Below are positions 11,921 through 22,988 of a DNA stretch of 64,000 bases, piece after piece (position 1 is the first letter of the stretch; each line of letters begins with the position of its first letter). Where the stretch lies: NCBI RefSeq assembly GCF_041146345.1, contig NW_027191407.1:372001-436000 (forward strand), written 5' to 3'. The position numbers and the translations under genes were made by a program. The notes beneath the pieces are model-generated. The model did no database searches and was not told the origin of the DNA. It saw only the letters and a list, made by a program, of their open reading frames with translations. The DNA comes from Neodothiora populina. Its lineage: Eukaryota.

Positions 11921-14655
11921 GCCTGCATATCATTGCCAGTCAGTCGACCTTGAGCCTGAGTAATGGAAGAGGCTGGGAGCGACATAATGCTGAAAAAGGT
12001 ATTCTTTGACACACAAGAGGAGAACGCTTCGCCCTCGCTCTCAAATCAAGGACAACGAGAGCCGTCGAAGGATACATGAGCACAGCCAGACATCAAGGCC
12101 GGAATGTTCCGCCCAATAAAGATGTAAAACCTATTCTACAGAATGATAAGAGATACCCTTTACCACCAACAGATCCAAATTCACCTTCTCCATCACCTGC
12201 GTCTTGTGATACTATCATGCCGGTCGTATCTTCCAGAGTAGTTGTAGCCCGCTCGTTTGTAGGCTTCATGTATCGTATCAGTACGTTCCTCCTGTGACGC
12301 TATTTGCAATAGCAGTGTGAATGTACCACTGGATCGAGGTGATACCTGGACATTTCCTCGATTGTAGATGTCTGTGTCACGCGTCTAGACATGCACTCCC
12401 AAAAGATGGCATGAGGACTGTGATTCTTCTGTCGTGAGATTCGTTGTATAATTTGTCATTCAATGGGAGTTTCCAAGTCCTGAGCGGAGACGATCATGAC
12501 ACGCGTAAGTGATCTTCTGCATCATGTTAGTCTAGAAGAGCTGCGGGCTTCGACGAGATGGTCACGAAACACCTTGGTCGTTCTTTCGACAGGTACGCGC
12601 AGCTTCAGCTGGATGATCGCAGATGCTATTGCCGACTGTGGCTTCTTAGGCGCGGGTATTCGAGAACAATAACAGCAGTACCTAATACTCGACCTACCAG
12701 AGTCCGAACTACCGAAAGTGTACATCAAAAGACTGTAGGTCTAGGAGAGACCATATAAATTGCCGCAGAAACCTGCACTTACTGTGTAGAAGCCCACGAA
12801 TGGCTGTTCGGAGAAACTGTGATAGACCACCAAATCGTGCTGGTTGGACAGAATGGCTTGTTGTGACGATGTCATCGTGCTCATCCCACCATATCGACTG
12901 AAAACCCAGGCTCTGATGATGGTGATGCATCTCGGCTTCGTGGTACTTATACGTGAAGATTGGAGCGCAAGAAGATATCGACGGCCGGATAAATGCAGCC
13001 ACTGGGAATGCAGGGCTCCTACTAGCGGAGTTGAGTGTACTGTGCAGCAGCTCAACGGGCGGTCTTGATCATGCCAATCACTTGAGTACTTCTGAGCTCA
13101 GTGTTTTGTTGTTAAAGTGGGCGTCAGACTCACAAGATGATCGCGTGCTTGAAGGCAACGTTGTACCTTTTGACGAATTAGTCGCTCCTTCCCACTGATA
13201 ATCTCGAGTACAACATCGATGAAGTGACGCGTCCAAAAGACATTTGCGTTCAGATCTGCGTCCTTGTCAATCTTTCGGCGTCCATAGAGCACTTTGGTCT
13301 GTCATAGTGAGCAACTCCTATTGGTCAGATGGAGCAAAAATGACCGATGAGCTTCAAGGTAGCTCAGGATACTTTACCCACAACGTCAACCCCAGACAGC
13401 AACGATTGTAGTTACGATGATTGTTTCCATGGATCCAGCTTCAGACGCAAACATCACGGAGGCTCTTGAGATTATGTGCGGCGGCGGGAGTCTATCGTCA
13501 AGGACGCCAGCTGGTGCCTATGTCTGTGGAAGAGAAAATAGACATCCGGATTGTGCCACAGCACAATTGCTGGAATCATCCGCCAATGCGATCGAAGACT
13601 TCGATGACCCTTCCATGGATAGCGCAGAACGCCCATCTTGACCAATTTGGTTTGTTCTGTGGATCTGCTTCTTCGTTCTACAACTTGACTGGAAGAGACG
13701 TCCTAGTTGAGCGGCAGATTTACTTAAGGCAACCACTACAACCTCCACTCATAGGTCGGGATGCTTTCCGACTAATGGCATGGCCTGGCCAGTGTGAATT
13801 CCGGCCTCCAGGACAAGGACGAAGATTTTTTCAGCGGACACTCTCAATCTCGTACCTTTCTGCCAGCCGACATCAAGTCAGTAAACCGGTGGGGTTTGGC
13901 CTCGGACAGCAGAAAGACTGAATGCTGTCCTTGCCAATTTCGACACCAATGGACTTGAAGAGGCGTCAACTTCACCGTGCAGCTTGCGACATAGTCTTCC
14001 CATCGCGCTTATCAGGTCAGGTCTCCTCGTGCCTCATGACTTTCGGCTCCACAAGCGGCATAGAAGCGTAGATGCTTATCTGTCCTTCGAAGTTGATACG
14101 GTAGGCTGAAATGCATTGGTTGCTACCAGGGCATCGTCATTTCACCCTTTACTTGTCAGGTCTATGTCACACAAAGGCATACGTCATCTGATATCAGGTT
14201 GAAGCAACTAGTGGTGCCGGCATGGAGCGACGAAGGATCCACCTCTGGTCAAATTAGGGACTCTGTATGACCACTCCCGTGCTCCAACGCTCGGACCATG
14301 TCCTCCGTATTGGTCAGCACCCTCTCCCCTGAGGGCAGCATGGAAAACTGCAGTATCAGAATGCACAGGAGTACGACTATACCAACTCTTACTTACTGAT
14401 ATTCTGCCGGCACTGTCCGCCGCAAGGCGTAATCTACATTGTCTGCACCAGGCAGCAAGCAACTTAGCGATAACAGACAATGGAGAATGGCAACTGGAAG
14501 CAAAGAATAGCATATTGAATCATCCGGTACCTACGCATTGTCATAAGCTCATAAATACGATCTGCTAGAGAGCATATCACTAATCGTCAAATCATCTCCA
14601 AACTCCGTCCACGGTATAAGAAAGCGAGCTCAAGTTCTCCAAGGATATCCTTTCG

Positions 14656-16167
14656 TCAAATCAAGCGGAAGGCACTTTTGAAGCGTCTCCTGAGCTCGGC
14701 ACCCATGGCGGCTCTGCTTTCCGCAGTCCTGGTCGCAGCATCCTTGTTCTCTGCAGCACGTCTGAGCAAGTAGTTGAGACACTCTTCCATGCTGCCCCAG
14801 GTAGTGCATTTGTAGGCACGAGGAATATCTACATTCTTCCCATTGCTAAGGGCCTGGTTGGCTTTACCTGCCATGATGAGTTCACAACTCACTTCGTCAG
14901 CCATTCCCTGCAGCTGAGCATACGCAAGTGGTACAAGACTGTCATTCTGAGCAGCCTGTTGGGCCCTGATGGATTGCGCTTTGCGAACCGAGTTGGCATT
15001 GTGCGTAGCTAGCACGAGGTTGATGTCGGCAAAGTCAAAGGCATGTGAGCCATGAAGAGGCTGCAGAAGACCAGTAAATTGTTTCTTGAGGAGTGCTTCT
15101 GCCAGCGCATCATAGGCCGCATGGGTACTACCAATGTCCGGCCAAATAATCGATCTAGGCTCCGAGGCCAAGTAGGCGCCGCGCACAAGCTTGACACCCA
15201 AAGTGAAGTCTTCGGTTTTTGCAAGACTAAGGTGCTTTGCGAGCGTAGCAGGTGTTGATTTCAAGTATGCTTGATACGTGCTGTAGACCACTGAGTGGCC
15301 GCGATTGTAGTCTTTCTGCAAGTTCAAACACCAGGAGTGGAACGTAGGCAGCGTCGTAGTCTCCTCTGCAGCAGGGAGAAGTGAGATTCGCTTGGCGGCT
15401 GCAGCGGTACATACTTCACGCATAGCATCATCCATAAGCGCACTTGGTGGCTTCTGTTGTTTGAGGAGTTGCAAAGCCTCTGGACCGAGACCGGACCATC
15501 TGAAGATGCTTGTCAGCACATGTCGAATACGACGATATGATAAGAGAGGTGCAACATACTTCAGGCCCACAAAATCTCCTGGGCTGGCCATGTCGATGGT
15601 CTGGAGAAGGCCATTTCGCCATATATCCACGTCCTTGGCAGTATCCGAGATTTTGGCATCTGCCAGCACTTCGAGAGCATACTCGAGAATCACACCGGAG
15701 TACCCGATTGATCGCATCTGCTGGACATTGCGCTGAATCTCAGCTTGTGAAGTGCCGCTGCAAAACTGCTTATAGAAGGTCTCACGAAGTATCAACTTGA
15801 GTAATGGATTCTTCTCAACACTGGTCACTGGAGAACTGGAGTCTACCATCGCTCTCAAAGTCTTGAGGCAGGTCTGTAGGAGTAGTGGTGATGATGATAC
15901 GCTCGTGATGAAGTACGTCCGAAGGACCTGAGCCAGTGGGAGACATGATAAAACCGGAGCTTGCGACGAAGCCACTGGCGAGACTACTGGAGATGCACTC
16001 GATGCTGGAGATCCTGGAGACGAATCCGACACCGCCCAGGTCGTGCGATCTGGCTTAGTGGTGTGGAGGCATCTGGTAGCGGCAAAAGAGGAGGAAGCAG
16101 TCAAGCTGGTGGTCACTCGCAAACCGCGAGTGATGCTTGAGATAGCAACAGTGTGGGGGAGCTTCAT
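14656..16167 (-). CDS. PUT1: Mitochondrial proline dehydrogenase (proline oxidase); one 60-nt intron at 15500-15559
   Basis: TFYKQFCSG, YSTYQAYLK, GVKLVRGAY, LATHN, AQLQGMAD and YLLRRAAEN motifs, plus an Arg/Ser/Thr-rich N-terminal presequence. Intron reads GTATGT..GCTGAC..CAG. Confidence 0.93.
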   Translation of the reverse strand: MKLPHTVAISSITRGLRVTTSLTASSSFAATRCLHTTKPDRTTWAVSDSSPGSPASSASPVVSPVASSQAPVLSCLPLAQVLRTYFITSVSSSPLLLQTCLKTLRAMVDSSSPVTSVEKNPLLKLILRETFYKQFCSGTSQAEIQRNVQQMRSIGYSGVILEYALEVLADAKISDTAKDVDIWRNGLLQTIDMASPGDFVGLKYVAPLLSYRRIRHVLTSIFRWSGLGPEALQLLKQQKPPSALMDDAMREVCTAAAAKRISLLPAAEETTTLPTFHSWCLNLQKDYNRGHSVVYSTYQAYLKSTPATLAKHLSLAKTEDFTLGVKLVRGAYLASEPRSIIWPDIGSTHAAYDALAEALLKKQFTGLLQPLHGSHAFDFADINLVLATHNANSVRKAQSIRAQQAAQNDSLVPLAYAQLQGMADEVSCELIMAGKANQALSNGKNVDIPRAYKCTTWGSMEECLNYLLRRAAENKDAATRTAESRAAMGAELRRRFKSAFRLI

Positions 16168-16400
16168 GACTGAATCGTATGCCGTCTGTGCACGATTCAG
16201 GTAGTCCCACCGTGTGCTATCGATGTCAAAGGCAGTGAAGAGGTGGAGAGATGACAGAAGGTTGATATAGATGAAGGGGGGATCTCAGAGTACCGTTTGG
16301 GACCGTATCTAACCGACTGCTAGACTGTTAGGCCTACTATCAAGGTATAACACCATCATTCCTTGAGCCTCTACTGACCTTCCCCTCACAACGAGGTTCC

Positions 16401-16471
16401 CTTATCGCCTATCGCCTATCGCATATCACTTATCGCCATTGCTGCACGAGTAATGAGCTATCGACGATAAG
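16401..16471 (-). promoter_or_regulatory. Array of GATA motifs upstream of proline dehydrogenase (candidate AreA/Nit2 sites)
   Basis: cttatcg cctatcg cctatcg catatca cttatcg gives five TATC cores at a 7-bp period, followed by ctatcgacgataag, about 235-300 bp upstream of the PUT1 ATG. Confidence 0.6.
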
Positions 16472-18011
16472 TGTTTGTCTCACTTTGCATTGCTGCCTGC
16501 GCTCGCCTTCCCCTTTCTGGCCAAAGTCCTTTCACTTCTGTTGTTCTCTCATCTCCTCTTACTCAGCAAAATTCCAGCATGTCCATCTCCACCCATCATC
16601 TCATCTATCTTCATGCATTATTCCTTTCTCCCATCTAGCCTTTAGTGAATCCATAGTCCGTCTACGACGTCGTCCCTACCCATGACAAGCCTCTGACGGC
16701 CCTGCTGGTCGGATGAAGGCATCTGCCGCTCACTTCTGTTCAGTGGCATCGATCAAAGCCAGCTGCATCAAGTCTATCAAAGGTATCATCTCACAGCGCC
16801 ATGAAATAGCAGCTAAGTGAAGCGACAGCCCTGGCTGTCGACTGTCTGCCAGTACTCCCTTATTGTCAGCTCTGGGTGCCTTTCTTCAACAGAAATGTCA
16901 CCCTTGCCTAGCAGCCCCTGATTGATAGTGTAGGCAGTGGTGTAAGTCGACGCCAGAACCGATGACGCAGCCCACCATTCCAGGTAAATCACTTGTGGAC
17001 AACTTCCGTCTGAACGAGGCGTTGAGTTGTTTACTGACATGTGCTTCAACAGACGCATGTTTTTTATCGATAGCGGTTGCGTTTGCTGCCTTGTCGGAAT
17101 GGTTTCTTACCATCAAGACGATCGAGCCATCACTTGATGCAACGCCTCCTTACATGACTTGTTCCATTCACCTTTGACGAATTCCCTTGAAAGGTCGTGG
17201 TATTGCTGTTATCTGTTGCGATCCTTCGCCATCGATCACGACTCAATCACCTTAGTGGAGCACTCATCGAAGGCCTATCCCTACAAGGACACTGAGATGG
17301 CTACACACATCACGGCACCTTCCCACCACACCTACTCGATCTCGAGTGGCTCAACTTTACCTCATACTGCCCCGCCGACGCCGCCGGACTCGTCAATCCA
17401 TTCCACCCTATCTTCAAGTTAAGTTTTTCATTCTCAACTCTTTTTCTCATGTTATGTATCCACCACTACACATGCCGTCGAAGTCCCGGCCGCAGTCCCG
17501 GTCTCGTACTCGGCATCGTTGTATCAGTCCCTTTTTCACTTCTGTCTCTTTTTCGCTCGCAAAGGTCCTCAACGTCCTCTTTTTTTCCATACCTACCCCT
17601 GAATCCTACTCAGGGGTTTTGTTTCTCGAGCTTCCAAGAACTCTCTACATATTCTGGCTCTTCTCTATGGCATTCTGAGAAGAAAGAACTTTTATCGGTG
17701 CTTTCACCTTCTTCCATACGTACTTTGGGCCCATGGCCCCATTCATGCTTACAACGCTCTCATGCGAAAAAGTTTATGATCTCTCCTTCCCTTTTCTTCC
17801 CGTTCCCGCTTTCGTCAAGATCCGTTTCCTATATCCATTCTGTCACTACTCGGTGTTATCTTTTCTTCAAGACGAGGTAAGTTGCTCTTGTGTATCTCCT
17901 CTTTCTATGGCCAGGAACTCCAGCTTTGCTTAGGCAGTAAGTACACTTAGTTTCTTCCCGATCTGTAAGTCTTCCATCCTCTTTCGTGCCGATTCAGTCT
18001 TGGACTTTGTA

Positions 18012-18235
18012 ACATCTTTCTCCGGCTTCTATGAAGGTCCGAGTACCAAGTCTTATGAAATGCTCAACACATCTCTCCAGCTTCTATGAAGGTCCGCGTA
18101 TCAAGTTCCCAAGAAGTGTTCAACACATCTTTCCGGCTTCGCTGAAGGTCCGAGTTCAAACTTCTTCCATCCATGGCATTTCAAGTTGCATGTGTTCCAA
18201 AGCCTGTCTTCCCGGCTTCTCTGAAGGTCCGGGTA
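18012..18235. repeat. Degenerate tandem repeat, 4 copies of a ~25-30 bp core (TCTTTCCGGCTTCTATGAAGGTCCG)
   Basis: GAAGGTCCG core at 18033, 18088, 18144 and 18223 (spacing 55, 56, 79). Confidence 0.85.
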
Positions 18236-18863
18236 TTGTGTTGATCTATCTGCACCGTGATTCCAATGAGGCTCCTCCTCGATTTTTGTTCAAATGCCAT
18301 TCCCTTCAACTTGCATTGTCACATTCCAGTGGTAAGTGATCAAGCTACTCTTTCTTTTCTATCTGCGATGACCTATGGTCAAGCTATCGGATTTCATTTG
18401 CTTTTATTTCAGCCGAATTAAACAGAAACTGCAAAAAATGGAAGCTAAGGCTCCTAAATAGAGGATATCTTTCCATCAATTTCACAAAAAGGTCAGGAAA
18501 ATTCAAAGAACACGAGAAAAATCTACCATACGCCGCTCTCAGTATCATCTCCTATAGACTTGGGCCTCTATGCTCTCGGATCTCTCATTTGCATCATTCA
18601 TCGTTCACGCCCGTCGGGGACCTTGACGAAAGCCAAGAAGCACTTTCTTGTGATGATTCATCATGATTGTCACGATCATCACTTATCTTTCCTTTAATCG
18701 TTGTGGGTGTTGACAACATTACCGTCATCCAAGAGACTACGACCATGTCATGGTTACAAGAGCCGATGAGCCGGGCAACGCTCCCGCAAACAACAAGACA
18801 TGTGAATTACGGGGGTAAGGTATATAAATGCTCCAAAGTACGATGTTATTGGTAAGATTCTGA

Positions 18864-18991
18864 GGGTGGCGCCGATGACTTACCCTGAAAGCGCCGTGGC
18901 TAATATGCAACTGTCTAGGCACCCTTCCAAAGAAGTTCCCAGAGACACTTGGTTCGATTCCCTGGCGCAGAAGTCGACATACCTTTTTTTT
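18864..18991 (+). ncRNA. tRNA-like Pol III unit, copy 1 (more degenerate)
   Basis: TATATAAA at 18821, A-box-like TGGCGCCGATGA, B box GGTTCGATTCC at 18951 and a T8 terminator. Collinear homology with copy 2. Confidence 0.5.
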
Positions 18992-19076
18992 GCTTCCCTA
19001 CTGCCCCTTTTTGATTCTTTCCTCGATCTAAAGCTATATATTCCGTGGGATTTGTCTCACTACCAGTAAGTTCCGC

Positions 19077-19200
19077 GGGTGGCGCCAATGGCTTACCTTG
19101 TGAGCGCGTGGCTGACATCAACTGTTCAGGCACTCACCTCGCAAGAAGGTCCTCAAGACGCTGGGTTCGAACCCCAGCGCAAACGTCGCCCAATATTTTT
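19077..19200 (+). ncRNA. tRNA-like Pol III unit, copy 2 (well structured)
   Basis: TATATATT at 19035 and A-box-like TGGCGCCAATGG. B box GGTTCGAACCC at 19164 sits in hairpin CGCTGGG-TTCGAAC-CCCAGCG. Terminal stem GGGTGGCG/CGTCGCCC, followed by a T5 terminator. Confidence 0.62.
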
Positions 19201-20090
19201 GTCCCTTACTCAAACTACCCCTTTTGCTTTTTGCTGTCCCACTTCGAATGCACACTTTTGATGAGCGGAAAGATGATAGTTGCCGTCGACATAGATCGGC
19301 TATGAGTTACTTCGAGCGCATATTCATTCTGCACGTCGACATGCATTGAGCTCCGAAAAATGACGTGCGAATGACCCATACGATGCCCGCTGAAGCCAAA
19401 CGACTCCACAAACAATCCCAGAGGGTGTGCAATATCGTGATCCGCAGACCAGGCGGAAAAATTGCTATCTTCCAAACCGCAGTGGAACCAATGCCAATGA
19501 ACGGGCTCTTTTGACTTCCCGAGACTCAGACTTGATCAGTATTCTTGAACGGGCCCAGAGGTCTACAGGCAGCTCACTTAAGATAGCGCAGTCTGGCTTG
19601 GAGCACATCGATCATTTACGTCGTGTTCTTGTTCAACAGCACATGGGAATGACAAGAGAAGCCAACACACTAAGCTGAAGTGCGCCACTCCAGTACTGGA
19701 CTACAGTCTCACATGGCAAATACATTCTTAGGCGGACACCAGTAACATCATGTATATGACAGGAAGTGGAAAAGGCCGTTGCACAGCTCTTCAAGATGCT
19801 ATCTACTCAATGGGATGTGCGATCGACTCACACCCTTGAGCCGTCGAGGCAACGCCTCTCGACCATCAAGGGAGACAGTGAGCCAATCTGGTTGGACGCC
19901 GGAACGTTCACCGTATTTCTCTCGCTCGAAGTTAGCGACATGTTTCCATGAAGCATCTGCCATGAGGCAAAAAGTTCGGTCTGATACCATGGAGGCGACG
20001 GTGAGGGTCAGAGCCTCTCCGCCACTGATAGAGACCTGACTTGCTGAGCTTTTGAGGTGGATTGTGTATGGTATGGTATCCGTCAACGAC

Positions 20091-20385
20091 TCGCTCCTAG
20101 CTCTTCCTCATAACCCCCTCCGCTCCCTAGCTCTTCCTCATACGAGGTGGATTCCTAGCTCTTCCCCACCCATCCCCCCAGATTTCACCCCTACTTCAAG
20201 CATAGCGAAATAAAGCGAGCGAGCGAGCGAGAGGATCAGTTGCGATAGCTAGACGTGGCGAAACAAAGCGAACGAAAGGGCGAACGAGAGGGTTGATTGC
20301 GAAGGCGAAGCATGGTGAACGAAAGCGAGCGAGAGCATTGTTGGCGAAGGACCAAGCGTGGCACGAGAAAGCGAGCGAGAAGGTT
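20091..20385. repeat. Two adjacent short repeat blocks: CCTAGCTCTTCC x3, then degenerate AAAGCGAGCGAGAG-containing units
   Basis: Three copies of cctagctcttcc at 20096-20165. Four or more units with (A)AAGCGARCGARAG at 20212-20382. Confidence 0.7.
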
Positions 20386-22940
20386 GGGGACTATGCGTTC
20401 GCACAAGATGTTAGCCTAATGTCTAGCTGAGGGGAGGGGAATACTCAGAGGCATAGGACGACCAGAGAGTTGCATTCCCGAAAAGCCAATGTCGTCTCCG
20501 TGAAGATCTGGTGACGTGCAAGACGCTCACTCAGAGAGGAAGGGCTTTGATCTAGCGTCAATCCCAAAGGGTTGCTATAGAGGCGAGAGACCTCTGCGAC
20601 GTTGATGATGATGACTAGGATGGCTCTGATGTCGTCAGTACACGACTTTGTGAGCGTGGAAGGCACTTACCATTGTTGTTGAGCACTCATACTGGTCAGC
20701 GGTGAAGATGATGCTCGCCGCGAGCATCATGGTAGACAGTCATTCTGCTGAGAATGGTTGTCGGTCATAGGTCTTCAAGCGGAAAGATAGGGAGTCGACG
20801 AATTAAGTCGCCGACAGCAGCAAGTGGCAGCGTTGGAAGCACTGTCGATGACTACAATTCCTGAAAGCAAACCACGTGAGCCGTGGCTCCATGAGCCGAC
20901 GAAAAGGACATCAACAGACTGAACGCATCAGAGAGATGAAAGCAGGAGAACTTACATGGGCAGTGACCGCTGCTCGACTGGAGAAGGCAGGCGAGTGTTG
21001 AGGAGACTTGCCAGACATGAGCCCCCTTCTGATCCTATATGGCCGAACCCGATCGTCGCGTATGTGTCGATGTTGTCCTCTAGGTTATGCCGGTGGTTAG
21101 TCATTGGTCATGAAGAAGTTCTGTCCAAAAACCCCAAGACACCACAGAAGCTGTGTCAGAGAAGATTAAATGAAGCTCCTGGCCAAGCTGCGATGGACAC
21201 AATGCAGCGAGGCTCACTTTGTTTTTCATACATGGTTATCATCATATCAGCTGTGGTGAAATTGGGACTCCGAACGTGAGGAGAGATTTAGCTGATTGTA
21301 AAATCCATGGAGTGCCAGTCCAAGGCCGGGTCAGTGATTGCGACAGGGAACTGTGAACGGATTAAAGACGCTTGTCCAGTGGCTTCATGTATTACATGAG
21401 CATGATCATTGATGAGGTCTCAGATCGATGATGTGTTATGAATACATTGCTGCTGCAGTGATCAAAGCCACTGATGAAGCTCATCGTATCTGTTCTCTGA
21501 CACAGAGATCATCATCGACTAAAGAGGTGGTGCAAGGAAGGGATGAGGAAAGGGGAGTGGAACAGCGAGAAGGGAGCAACTCAGCTGAATTCATTGCACA
21601 CAAAGACTTCTGAATGATGTTGATGCATCAAACTGAAACAAAACCACGTTAGCCATGGAGAAGGGTCATGACTTACCTCATGTTGTCCAAGAAACTGGCG
21701 AAGAGAAGAGGGCAGTACCGAAGTGGTGTTGATGAAGAAAGGAGCAGAGAAAGAAAGCTCACTTTCTTGATGCTTTTATACCCCAAGTGAGCAGTGATTC
21801 GCGGACTCACACTCTGCGGTGTTTGCAACACTTTGCTATACCTTGCCGAGTCCTCGGCGGCAATTCCATTTGACCCTCTGGATCATTGGGACTGATAGAC
21901 TAGACCAGAGGTGGCAGGTATCCCAGCCGCTGCACGGCAGGAGGGGTCCGCCTGCTCTGGGTTACGAACGACACAGGTCAACGCACTTGAGGGCAGAGAA
22001 GTGCACAACAGTGTACCTTAGGTTGCTTTCACAGGGTCACGGTGCAAGACCTGAAGGATCTACGCGATGTTCTCGAACTCGCCTAGATGTGATTCATCGT
22101 GTAGAAGTTCGAGTACTGCTATGAGTACTGGAATTGATCCTCCAAGCTCGTTCACTTATACACGTATTGGCTTGCGCTCCATGCAGACTCCGAAAGCGAA
22201 TTGGTAACATGTGCTACAAGTCGGTTGATCACCATCTTCTACTCCCTATGGATATGCAACATCATTGCAACAGGCTAGGGATCTACCTTCTTCGTAGAAG
22301 ATGGCATCGCCCTCCGCAGTTCGCAGTAGAGATACAGCCACCACGGAAGGGGTTTGTACTTTTACTCCTCTGCAAGCCAAAGCTATCTTCCAAAGACTGG
22401 ATGTCGGATTTTATCAAGACTGAAGCCCCCATGACACTCAAGAGGTACAGCTAGTATAGAAAATCCCGTGGAAGCTGGAAGGGGTGTCTTCGCAACTTCC
22501 TGTTGATATGTGCATAGTGTCAGGCTCAAAGTCCATGATGGAGTTCGTGAAGAAGTCCGGACGATAAGTCTATCAACAGGCTTGTTACCCTGCATGAGTT
22601 GCATTGTATGCATGATAAAGGAGAGGTGGAATGGGCTGTGTTCAAGGCTGATTTATGTACGCCTCACTTCCTGTGCGATCAAATCAGCGCCATCTCTTCA
22701 TCTTCAAGACACAGGTGAACATGGCTGGTCGAGGTGACCCTCGTACTGACCGCTTGCGGAAAGCCAGCATGTTGGGAGCGAGTGCAGGACCGGTCATAAT
22801 CGTCCCTAGTCTGCCACGCAAGCTATTCCAGACTTGAAGTTATGTGTTTGGGCTCAAGCGGTATAAACTGCTATGTCTTCTAGCCCTTGACTGAACCAAT
22901 CTTCTGGTTGTCTTCACGCGTTGGCTACCGGATCTATGGT

Positions 22941-22988
22941 CGAGGTCTATCTATGCGAGGTCTATCTATGCGAGGTCTATCTATTGCG
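22941..22988. repeat. 15-bp tandem repeat x3 (CGAGGTCTATCTATG)
   Basis: Directly visible in the sequence. Confidence 0.9.

Noticed and set aside
12300..14520. Identifiable pseudogene (prn-cluster member or transposon)
   Set aside because: Fragments look coding-like, but I could not match any family motif by eye.
18012..18235. CRISPR-like array
   Set aside because: Eukaryotic context, no cas genes, degenerate repeats, and linkers partly homologous to each other.
19077..19200. Canonical tRNA or 5S rRNA gene
   Set aside because: The T-arm and A box are present, but there is no 7-bp acceptor stem adjacent to the T-stem and no anticodon arm. The resemblance to 5S is limited to ATCAACTGT.
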